Assembly: GCA_016748015.1 (NCBI GenBank)
Contig: JAAOMT010000786.1
Span: 131,903 to 195,902 of the forward strand
Origin: Geosiphon pyriformis uo1
Lineage: Eukaryota; Fungi; Glomeromycota
Length of the DNA: 64,000 nucleotides
Direction of reading: 5' to 3'
This document shows, piece by piece, positions 9,624 to 21,618 of this stretch (positions within the stretch are counted from its first letter, which is position 1; every line of letters begins with the position of its first letter). The position numbers and the translations under genes are program-made. A model generated the notes under the pieces. It was not told where the DNA came from. It saw only the letters and a list, made by a program, of their open reading frames with translations, and did no database searches.

Positions 9624-12600
9624 TTTTTTTTTTCACATTTTATGAATGAGGCCCAAATGTCACTTAGTACAATATATCAAATTAAATGATTTAAACTAGG
9701 TGCAAATCATGTACTTTCCACATGTGACCAGCCACTTGGACCAATCAGAACAACACTACAAATTTATTATAACAGACATTATATTAACAAGACCAGCAAA
9801 AAAACCAGATAGTTTATGAAAACCAAAGCTAACACCAAGTATCTTAGCAACACCAAGCATCCTAACAACCCTAATTGAAGACAAAGACAACAGGCCACAA
9901 ACAATAAAAAACACCATGCCATTACTCATAATTAGACTCTTTTTCTTCATAAACACTCTATATTTAGCCTTAATTAACCATATCTTAGCATAATAAGTCA
10001 CACTCAAGCTCTAAACAAAATCAACAATAATTTTACCAGCAACTTTAGTATTATCAAAAATGCTCATAGCTTTCATGAACCAATTTTTGAACAAAAAACC
10101 TTTACACAAGACAGCATACAAAATATTATCAGTAGCATACAGAAAGAGCATCTACAAAACATAAGATGATCACAAATTCAAATTTGACAAAGCAGATCAT
10201 TCAATTCATAGCTTTATAAGCAGGTTATTACAAACCCCAAAGTTGAAGGCACACACAAAAAAATGATCAGAAAATTCCATCTTTTCATAGTAAAAGCACA
10301 AAACACTAAGATATCTTTTGTTATACAGATGCTTCTAAACAGCAACTGGAAGCCAGTAGTGTAAAGCTTTTATGAAATAAGAGTGCAAATCAGCCATAAT
10401 CTTACTTGTAAAACTCACTGACATGTGAAAATCAGAGTGCCAAACTGAAGCTGTACAAATCCAATTCACATCATTAATAAGGCACCAGTCAATAACATTG
10501 GACCCAGAACCAACCTCTTAATTAACACAAAAAATAGACCCAAAAACTCTTCTAGTGAAACAATGAACATTCTCTAATACTACTGTTCTACCAGTTTTGA
10601 CAAACTTATAATTAACTAGAACCAGAAGCACCAGATTTGAACTAGTAGTCAAATCAGCTAACCTGTTAGCCTGCTCATTACCCAAAACATCTGAATGTCT
10701 TTTAACCTTGTGTCAAAAAATGTCAAGTCTCTTATTCTTAATAGTCTCTATAATACTATGCCATTCAATCCAACATTAATTTTGAAAATCTGAAAGAGCT
10801 AAAACAGACTCAGTAGCACAAGCATTAAGGGCAGCTTGACTGTCTAAGTAAATCATAACCACATTGTCAGAAAGAATACACAATAAAACTAGAGCAATTG
10901 TCTATAACTCTGCCAATATAGATGACATCAACCTATTAACTCTAATACTAATATCCAAATTCAAATCAAAAAAATAAGCAGCTGCTCTATATTTCATCTT
11001 CCTCATACCCAATTTTCTTAAAGACCCATTCATATACACATTGATAATATTTAAGTTAATAGCCAAAAAACTATTACTCAAGTTAGAAAAACAACCAGAA
11101 CCAGTAACTTCCAAAGACTGAGAACCAAAACCAACTAATCCATTAAAAGATGAGGACCTGGCCAAAAATTCACATGCAAAACTAAACCACCAAGAGATTG
11201 GACCTTTTAGATCAAGTTTTTTTCAATGACAGAAGCTTTTTTAATCCAAGATCAATTTCTTTTTATTATACAACTGTTCAATAAAAGCAACTCCAAACCT
11301 TTTAAGTGAGTGTAAAACATTATGAAACATTATATCTCTTAGAACAACAGACATTAGAATGCCACTAGTAAACTGGAAAGCAGACAGAAGAACATTGTCG
11401 AAAGACATATTACAACCCCAAAAAATTTTCACAATGCCAGCTAAAAAATTATTAGCCAAATTAACATACAACTTCACAGATTAATGCAAAGAGTAGATGA
11501 GAGACCAACTTAAAACCTGCAAATCCAGATAATAATGGTAAAACAAGCAACCAACAAGCTTATTAGCATTGAAGAAACCCAACACAGATACAACTTTGCT
11601 CTCAGCTTGCAACTGCTCAAATGATTTCAGGCCATACAAAAATGGATAATGCAGAGCTTTATTGGGGAAATCTCTTGGAAGACCAGTTTTTGATCTCAGA
11701 CTCTTCTTAATTAGTGTATTTCATTTATTACACACACTTTTTGAAACAAAACTAAACTGAATTCTGTAACTAATAATCGGTTGTAATACTGATAAAACCA
11801 GATAGAGAAACTGTTTATCTGAAATCACCTTCCTCAAAACCAAATTAACAAAGAACCTGACATTTAAATAAGCTTTTACCAAACTAAGTTTGGACAAACT
11901 TTCAGATGACAAAAAAATTCCCAGATATCTATGAGACTTTTCTTTGTGAGCAACTAAAATCGATAAACCACTTATCGATAAAGAAACATTTCCAACTTTT
12001 TGGTTGATAGGAATGGCCACAGTCTTTTTATTATTAATTGAAATGTCATTTACCCTAAAAAACTCACTTGTGATGTCTAAAATATACTGAATGGCTGCTT
12101 GACTACTTCCAACCCAAATAGTGTCATTGACAAAAGCTCTAGCTGCCAAAAACAAAGTTAAACCACTTTGGTTTTTCAACCTTTCAGTCTTAGCAACAAA
12201 TTCAGTGTCAATCTGGTAGTCACACAAACTTTTCTGTTTTTTAACTTCACATAAAAAAGGATCATAGAAGATTCTCCATAGTGTTACCAGTAGAATTTTA
12301 GCTATTAATTAGCATGAAATTACCTTTATAATTTCTATTATTAATTAGCATATATTATTATTATTTCGATTATTACTTATTATTTAATCAAATTATTAAA
12401 TATTATTACTCAATCAATAATTCGATTTGTACTCTAGAAATTAAGATGATCAAATTACACAATACCTTGAACCATTTAACATAATCAAAATTCGCCGAAA
12501 TTAATAAAAATTTGCCGAAATAATCAATAGTTTAGTGAAATAACTTGTAGTTCACCAAAATTTATCTTTAGTTTACCTAAATTGTAGCAAAGAGAAAAGT

Positions 12601-15600
12601 GCAAGTTTAAAGATTGGCACTACAGCAAGTTGTATAAAAGAAGAGCTTTTCTCTTTAAGAAAATGTATCTTCTTATAGTATTTTATCATAGTATCTTACT
12701 TTAGATATCTTAATTAAAACAAATCATCTTTTATATATTTAAATAAAAATTAAATATTCGAAAACCAAATCCTTAAATTATTACACTTAAAATTTCCTCA
12801 ACACAACTAATATTTTGAAATTGATTAGCTACCAATTTTAGTAATCTGTTAGTGACTTTAGGCCTGGATAGAAAATGGTTCCCTTGATAAAATCCCATTT
12901 CTTTTATTTTTCTTTTTTTTTCTTATTACAATTATTAGGGTAGTCTACAGACAAGATTTCTGTAGAAGAGTTGACTTTCACAGCAAAGTAACTACATATT
13001 TTTAGTAAGCTTCTAGACAAGCAATTTTTAAGAAAGAGTTGAAATTTACTACAATATAACTACATAAAGTAACTGGCACAGAATTGGCTCTTTTACTTAT
13101 AAGCCCAGCAGTTCAAATTATAGGAGATAATTTAAAAATAAATTCAGTTACTAGAGGTCCAACTACTTCCTGGAAATGTGAATTCACAGCAAATTAACAT
13201 TAACAACATTCAAGAAAAGAGACCAAAAACCTCCAGTAACAACAGTAAAAGAGAAAACACTTTACCCTGGTCAAGACTATTATGCACTTAGTATTTATTA
13301 ATTAAACCAAAATTTATTATAACACAATTGGTACAATCATTGTAAATACCCCCAAAAAACCTGATAAAACAAGTACATATCTTAATTTGGACCAAACTAT
13401 TCTACAAGTAATGCTAACCCATAGATTTATAAGTCTTTTACATATCTTACAAAACAAGCCAAAGCTTACAATTCTTTTCCAAAGCATATTCAACAACTGA
13501 TCCAACAGCAAATATGAGAGATTGAGTGGTAGTCTCTTTCAGCATGGAAAAATTGTCACCATGAAGAATGGCAAACTTACTACATGCCAAAGAAATTTTA
13601 TTATACAGTATTTTAGAAAAAATCTTATGAGCAGTCTCAATTAAGACAATTAGTCTAGTATTGATTAGAACACTCTCTCATTTATAAGGTTTAGGAATCA
13701 TGAACATTCAAACTTCCTTTTAAAGCTAAGGCACAGACTTATGCACTAAACAAAGATTCAAAATATTTAAAAGTAACTTGAGCAATAAACCATCACAATG
13801 TTTTTAAAGTTCATTTATAATACTAGATATACCAGCTGCCTTATTATTTGGTAAGCCTTTAATCATACACACTAAATTCTTAAAATTGATAATGTTCATA
13901 ACACCAAAAAAAGGACTATTATCAACATAATGCAATGGCAGGTATTAACATTGTCACATATTAGGAATGCTATTCAACACAACTTTTTTTTTAGTCTATC
14001 TCTTCATAATCATGTCAACTTTATTTTTAACATCAACTGGATCCAAAATAAAGCTATTTTCAGAAACCAGATAATTCAGCATTACTTTCCAGAAAGGGCA
14101 TTCTAATACATTATAAATTGTGCAGCCTTTGTTAACTACAAAACTCTCTATCCACTTTTTAATAGCAGACTTAATGCTTAACTTCTTAGCTCACAATGAC
14201 TCAATAAACTTGAAAACATAATAAGATTTCTTCATACCAAAGAGGGCAGAACATACATAATCAGAATTCATGCCAAAGCTCATAAGATTCCAAATAGCAG
14301 AAGCTTTGTCACTGTTTACAAAAACTCAGCACTTTAGAAGAAAAACAAACCTGTCACTATTCTCTTCACAAAAAGCCTTAACAATTCTTGACACCAAAAT
14401 TTCTAGCTTGTGAAACCTGGAAGATTCTTTAGTAAAAATTTTATCATAGCCTTTAAACCATTTTTTTTTAAAAGCTTCATCGAAAAAGTCATTATCTTTC
14501 AAACAATATTCCATATTGTATCCAGATCTAAAAACTTTTTAGCAGCAACAAATTCGTCTAAAAACAAAAAAACATTGACTGTCATAGCATTTATAAACTT
14601 GCACTATTTTGCTTTATTAGTATTTTTGACATCAAACTTCTAACAATTTTTATTTGCTTGTTTGCACAGTGAGTTTAGTCACATATCTAACAAATCACCT
14701 AAACTTACAAAAACAAAAACAGCTTTGTGGTTAGTATTAAAATAGTTGTCCATATTAGCCATATTACAATTTACTATTGCATTGACCAAATGTAAAGAAA
14801 CAAACATATAATCAATTGTCTTAGTAACACCTCAAAAATTGCTTTACATTGGCACCTTTGTGAATAAACTCCCACCCAAAAAATTGACCAAACTTAAATC
14901 AAAGCACTTTTTAAAACTAGCACTTTTATGCAAACCATCTTTATTGAAATTACCATCCAAGATGACAAAAAAAGATTTGTTTACAGCTTTTGCAATTATA
15001 GAATTAATATTACCCATTTGGGAGAAACAAACAGCCAGGAATGCTTTAGCATAAAATTTCACAATTACAACAGAAAGTTTATTCTTGAAAAGTAATCTAA
15101 CAGAAAAAATTTAGCCAAGAATGTCTAAAATCTTACACACATGACTTACCAAAAAATTTTTCATAATAATAGCAATATCAAAACCCAAATAACCAGAATT
15201 CAAACCAGACATAAAAACCCAGATCCCATCAAACTTGTTCATAATCTATGGATGGACTTTACTTTTAAGCTTAGTTTCAGTAATGATAGAAATTAAATTG
15301 TCTATATCTTTGTGCCAACAAATAATATCATCTTGTTTTGCAGAATTGTTTATTCCTTTAATATTACAAGTAGCAACTTGCCAAAATAGGCTACTTATTG
15401 AGAAAAAGGTTGGGGAAAGACACCACTAGCCAAAACTATGCCATCTATGCAGACTAACAAACTCAATACTAAAACAAAAAGTCCTTTCAACAATTTTTCT
15501 AATTTAACCACATTAGAGGAAGTAAACAAACCCAAAATTGCAGCAGTATCACTACTAGTGGTCTCATTTAAGCTCTTTTCTATTACTATATTATCCACCT

Positions 15601-17320
15601 GATTCTGTAATAAAGGGGTCACTAACAGTTAACATCCAGAGCTAAGCTAGAAAACTGTCAGCACGAGTGACTTCAACCTCTTAGCCAGCTTACCAATTTG
15701 TTTCACAAAGCTAGTAATACTGCTTTCAATATTGACCAAATGTAATTTTAGTTTATTTTTAATAGGCAGAATAGGTTTCATCTCTGAAGAGAAACCAGAT
15801 TTGACCAAACTATTATGAACAGAAAGAAGACCTACCAACAATACTTGTTCATAAAGCACTACCAAAAGTGACTAACCAAGTAATTGGAACTAAGTGTTTG
15901 GCATATATGGTGACCAATCTGCTTTTATCTGCATCTGAAAACACTTTCTGTGACAAACTACTAGAATGTAAATTTCTATCTGCTGTATAGTCTAAAGATA
16001 TATAGCCTGATTTTCTATACTTAGCACACTTAGCTGAAACCAAACAAGACCAGTGCAAGTTGGCACCCCTTAAAACCAGCATAGTTTTCAAAGCAGCATC
16101 CAATGAATTGGCAGATTCAAAACAAACTATTGTGCATCTGGCTTAGGCATAAGTAACTGGATAATGTTTAATAACACAAGATTTCTCACCAATAGAGCTG
16201 ATATAATCCCATAAATCATGTGCATTCATTTTTACAGAAAAAGTATAGAGTAGAGCCTTATAAAGATCTTTAGAATTCCATATTTGTTTATTGATATTGG
16301 TTCTGGCCACACAAACAGCATTTTTTCCAATGAAAATAAACTACTTAGAAGCCACAAGATCAGTCTGATTTTGATTTTCTATTTTAATGATTGCTTTTTG
16401 CCATAGGCCCATTAATTGTATCTTAATCAACTTAATTAACCCAAATTTAGACAACACAATGCACAGCCTTAGCCAAAATTCCCACCAGAATTTTTTTTAA
16501 CACCACAGCCTGATCTGAAAGTTTAATAGATTTCTTAAGATCAGTATTAGTTATGATATTCACACCAATAGTCTTTTTGGAGACTTTTATTAAACCCAAT
16601 TTAGAAGTAAACATTGCTCTAATAATCCTTGAAAATTTTGAAGGAGTAGATGTTTTCCCAAAATCATTAATTCCTGAAAATAATTTTTTGACTGTTATTA
16701 GCTTTTTCTGAGAAAACTTTTCAACCATCTTGTCCAGACCAATATCCAAAGTGAAAGACTTTCTAATAGACACATTGACCAGATTTTTCAGTAGCAGAAA
16801 AAAAACCATAGAAGCATCCAAAAAAATATCATTATTATCAACATTACCCAAGAAATTTATTTTCCCCAATAGTGTATCTAAAGTTTTTTTCATCATCAAC
16901 TTTGAACTCTTCAGTATTTAAGCAAAATTACCTTCATTGAACACATTTTTTTCTCCATAATCCACACTGGTTTCTTCTACTAAACACTCTTTTTCCATAT
17001 TAACACTATCAAATTTGGTGGTATCACTAGCTTCGAACTTCCAAGAACTACTAAACATTTTTTTAGATAAAACAACCTCACTAACAGCACCATCTTTCAG
17101 AACATCCCCCTTTTTTTTTTCTAGAGACAATATCTTTACCAACAGTATCAGCACCAAAATTTTTGACAGACTTCTTCATTACAGCAATACTACAGTCAAC
17201 TGTGGCCTTGTAATCAAGCAAGAAAGATTTGGATTTATCATATTGAATTATAAAAAACTTTTTGACTCTTTTTTGGGATTTTTGGGTAAAGAAAAGAAAG
17301 AAGTTTTTTTCATCATACTA
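9624..17320 (-). mobile_element. Near full-length decayed LINE (ORF1; ORF2 = APE endonuclease, RT, RNase H, CCHC) interrupted by a solo LTR
   Basis: A-tail at 9624-9633; ATCNIKG...TETKL, DGNFN, AFVNDT (DD), VYMNGS...AEL...DSQAA; ORF1 about 15395-17179; 5' boundary approximate. Confidence 0.92.
12282..13241 (+). repeat. Solo LTR of Gypsy family B (960 bp)
   Basis: Homologous to 20646-21618; TG...CA ends; TSD ATAG/ACAG; removal restores the LINE RT frame VFSLLLWRIFYD. Confidence 0.93.
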
Positions 17321-17759
17321 TGTTGATACTTTAAAAGAAAACTTATTTAAAAAAGACATCTTTTAAACAATTTTAAATAATATAATATTATTATTAACCA
17401 ATCTAATCAGCTATTTAACAATTTTTAAAACATTAATTTTAATATTAACAGACTCATATTTTTAAAGTAACAAAAAATTAAAAAATATATTATTATTAAC
17501 AACAGACAAATTCACATAGAAACCAATTATATTAATATTCTTAAAACTATATTTAATTTTTAATGTTACTATTTTCTATTTTAACTAACTAACAGCTTTA
17601 CTAAAAGCACTAATATATAGTGAACTCTCTTTATAATCACATCTTTTGGTCAGTATATTTGTGATGACTATAAAAAGATGGGACTATAAAAAATGATTAA
17701 TATTTTATCACATGATCTATATATTATATTCATAATATAATAACTAATTATATATATTT

Positions 17760-18776
17760 TATTTAAAAAAGCCATCTATTTGCAACTGTTTTTTCTCTTC
17801 TTAAACTTTGAGAACAATATTACAAATTAATGTTCTCAAAGTTTTAAAAAAGTCTGAATCAACTTTTTTACTATACTGCTTTTCACAATAGTGCAATGTA
17901 TCTTCAAGTGCAGTTTTACCTTGATGTGTAAATAGCAAAGGCAAAGATTCATCTTTATCTTCATTTGCATTAGAATTTTTACTATACTTGTTATTAATAA
18001 GATTCACAATTTTATTCTCTAAAACATAAGTGAATAATAGTTCAAACTTGTCAATATTAATAAAGTCTATTGTCAATAGCTTGTCAATATTAACATGCTT
18101 AATAAAAACTTGTACTTCTTATAAGAGTTTTTGTTTAATATTTAATAGATGGGCTGGCATTTGACTATTATTCAGAATTTTCATATGACACCAACAGTTT
18201 TGGATTGTAGTTGTTGTTACTGCTGACCATGCATCAATTAGAAAGTCAACCACATCCTTTAATATTACTGTTGATATTGAAATCTTGTTATTATACTGAT
18301 TAATAAGATGGAAAAAAAACAACTTTTGGTATTGTGTCTTAAAGAATATAATAATTTCTGCATTTAATGGTTGCAAATAAAATGTTGTATTGGATAGTAG
18401 ATATCTAATCATAATATTAAATAATACAAAAAGTTCTCTATCATGGGGACCAGCATTATCAAGCAATAGCAAAATCTTTTTTTTCTTGCAACACATTTTT
18501 TCATTTAATAAATTAAGCTATTCACTAAAAATATTGGTTCGCATCCATGCTTTTGTATTGTAATGATAAGTAATTGGAAGTGCATTTATATTAATATTGT
18601 GAAAACATCATGGCTTTGCAGCTTTGCTGATAATTAAAGGCTGCAACTTGATGCTGCCTATTCTATTATAAGCAAGAAGTATGATAATTTGACTCTTATC
18701 ACACTTGGTGCCAAAAGTAAATCTTGTTGTCAAAGTTGCATTTGGTGGCATTCTAAAGAATAATGCTGTCTCATTG
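17760..18776 (-). pseudogene. DDE-1 (pogo/CENP-B-like) transposase, catalytic and C-terminal part
   Basis: NETALF (DET), KAWM, LLLLDNAGPH, LQPLNAEII (LQPLD.G.I), TIQNCW motifs; a weak N-terminal remnant lies near 31180-31300. Confidence 0.88.
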
Positions 18777-18830
18777 TGTTACCCGAGTAGAAAAACTGAT
18801 CTAAAGTTAGAAAAAACGTGACCAGAATGT

Positions 18831-19030
18831 AACATAACACAGAATAGTGTGCAATAATGTTGGATAATGCATTATAACTTAGGATAGCACAGAATAACGC
18901 ATTATAACATAGAATAACACAGAATAACATGTAATAACACCAGATAATGTGTTATAATAGAGAACAACACAGAATAACATGTAATAACACCAGATAATGT
19001 GTTATAATGTAGGATAACTGAGAATAATAT
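18831..19030 (+). repeat. 10-bp-period array (NNNATAAYRN) with a 50-bp higher-order duplication in LTR C
   Basis: 18911-18958 recurs at 18961-19008; ATAAC/ATAAT every 10 bp; upstream of TATA-like GTATAAAAG near 19118. Confidence 0.85.
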
Positions 19031-20645
19031 AGAAGAATGAAGCAATAACAGAAATAACAAAAGCAATAGTTAGCAATAACAAAACAATCAGAAACAATCT
19101 TGTAAAACCAAAAAAATGTATAAAAGTGAGTAGTTGTAAAAAAAAAAAAAGACAGTTAGATACAAACCACTAGACAAGAAACAAATATCCATCACCCCTC
19201 CTTATTTATTATATTTTCATATTTATCTTCTGAAATAAATCAATTATCAAAGAAATCAAAATCACGAATTCATGTTTCTGAACTATATGAGATTTACGTG
19301 AATTAACTATTGTTTCATACTTTTGTTTTAGGACAGATGTTCTTAGCATAACCACCTTGGACTATTAATGATTTAGACCAATTGCTCTTGATCACAGCAA
19401 TTGATGATACTAATTTATCTTTTTCTTTTCTTTCTTTTTTTTTTTTTCTTATTTTTTTTTGTGGAGTGGCAACATAGTAAAATCGACTGTCTGAGAATAA
19501 ACTTCATGATAGCCTGGTAAAAGAGGGAGGCTCCTCCTAGGTTTTGGATATTAACATTATCTTGTTAGCTTACTAAAAGGGTAAAAAGACACTGTCAGAC
19601 TCTAATGACTGCACTTGTTAGTTCAGAGAAGAAAGCACATTTACAAAAAATATTGCAATTGATGAAAAATGAACTTTGTGCTTTATAATCAAAGAACTCA
19701 ATAGGTAAATTCACATCCAGAAATAGACTTTCAGAGACTGATAATCAAGACTAAGCCAACAAAATTACATGAAAGACACATCACCAATAATTGAAAGCAC
19801 CAAACATTACTATCTTTATTACCTACCAAGTTTACTTATAATATTTGGTGCTTCCTGTGAGGTTATAAATCCACAGAGACAGAGCACCCCAGAAATACAC
19901 AAAAGTAGCAACTATTGGAACAGTAAGAAAGAACCACTTCTCATATGAAAAAGCACTATTTCAATACTTTCGAAAAGACTTAGGAATACTAGCAGAAACT
20001 GCTTATGCAGAAAGTGATTTTTGTAATTATATTAATGCAAAAATTGACTGCTTATTAGGCCATGCAACCAACACAGGAAAACTGGGAGAACAAATCCATT
20101 AAAGCTTATTAGGGTACTCAACAACTATAACCACCCGAGCAATTACTGAAACTCTGTGCATAATTGATACAGACATTAAATATTATGTGGCAAAATGATT
20201 CTCTCAAGTACAACAACCAGTGGAATCCAACCCTGAAGAATACGAAGATGAATTCAACAACCCCATAACTGCCCAAGCCAAGTTCATGGTCAACAAGAAA
20301 TCAAGGTTCCTCTTCCCAACAACTCTATTATATCATCAGACACCCCAAAGTAGAATTGTATTCAACCCACCCCTGGAAACCCAGTCAAAAACACCATGAA
20401 CTCCTGGAAATTCATATCCTTGAAATCAACATAGTTGGACCAAATTATTAAGAGAATATAGATTATTGTTTGAAAATCTCTCCCCAACACTTAACAAAAC
20501 AGACAGAAATACATCAACATGAGAACTACCACCAATTCAACTATTGACTGAATTATCAGCCACCCCTTCTGAAGAAACAGCTATCCTCCAGCCCATTGGG
20601 AAAATTAACAAAGGGAAACAACCAGAATTAGCATCAGAAGAACAC

Positions 20646-21618
20646 TGTTACCAGTAGAATTTTAGCTATTAATTAGCATGAAATTATCTTTATAATTTCC
20701 TATAATTAATCAGTATATTAATATTATTTCAAATTATCATTTATTATTTAATCAATTATCACATATCACAATTCAATTAAAATAATCTAATTAGTATAAC
20801 AGAAAGTAGGATGATCAAATTACACAATACTCTGAACTTTGTAACATTCAAAAATTTGCTGAAATTTACAGAAATTCGCCGAAATTATGAATAGTTTACC
20901 CAAATTAATTAATAGTTCAGCGAAATAACTTGTAGTTCATCAAAATATATCTTTAGTTTGCCGAAATTTGAGCAAAGAGAAAAAGTGCAAGTTCATAGAC
21001 TAGTACTACAACAAGTTGTATAAAAGAAGAGCTTTTCTCTTCTGAAAAATGTATCTTACTTTAGATTTATCTCTTAAAACCATTCTTACACACACAAAAA
21101 GAAATAAATATCAAATAATTTGAAAAAACCAAATTCTTTAATTATTGCACTTGAAAAATCCTCAAAACCCAACTAACATTTTGAAATTGATTAACTACCA
21201 ATTTCAGTAAACTGTTAGTGACTCCAGGCCTGGATAGAAAACGTTTCTCTTGACAAAATTCTATTTCTTTTACAATTCTTTTATTTTTCTTTTTTTTTCT
21301 TATTACAATTATTAAGGTAGGCTACAGACAAGATTCCTGTAGAAGAGTTGACTTTCACAGCAAAGTAACTACACATTTTTAGTGAGCTTTCAGATGAGCA
21401 ATTTCTGGGAAAGAGTTAACGTTTCCCACAATGTAACTATACAAAGTAACTGGCACAGAATTGGCCATTTCACTCATAAGCCCAGCAGTTCAAATTATAG
21501 GAGATAATTTGAAGATAAATTCAGTTATTGGAGGTTCAACTACTTCCTGAAAACGTGAATTCACAGCAAATCAACATTACCAACATTTAAGAAAAGAGAC
21601 CAAAAACCTCTGGTAACA
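20646..21618 (+). repeat. Family B 5' LTR (973 bp)
   Basis: TGTTACCAG...CTGGTAACA inverted termini; repeated TTCGCCGAAAT-like motifs about 20850-20970; GTATAAAAG near 21018. Confidence 0.93.
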
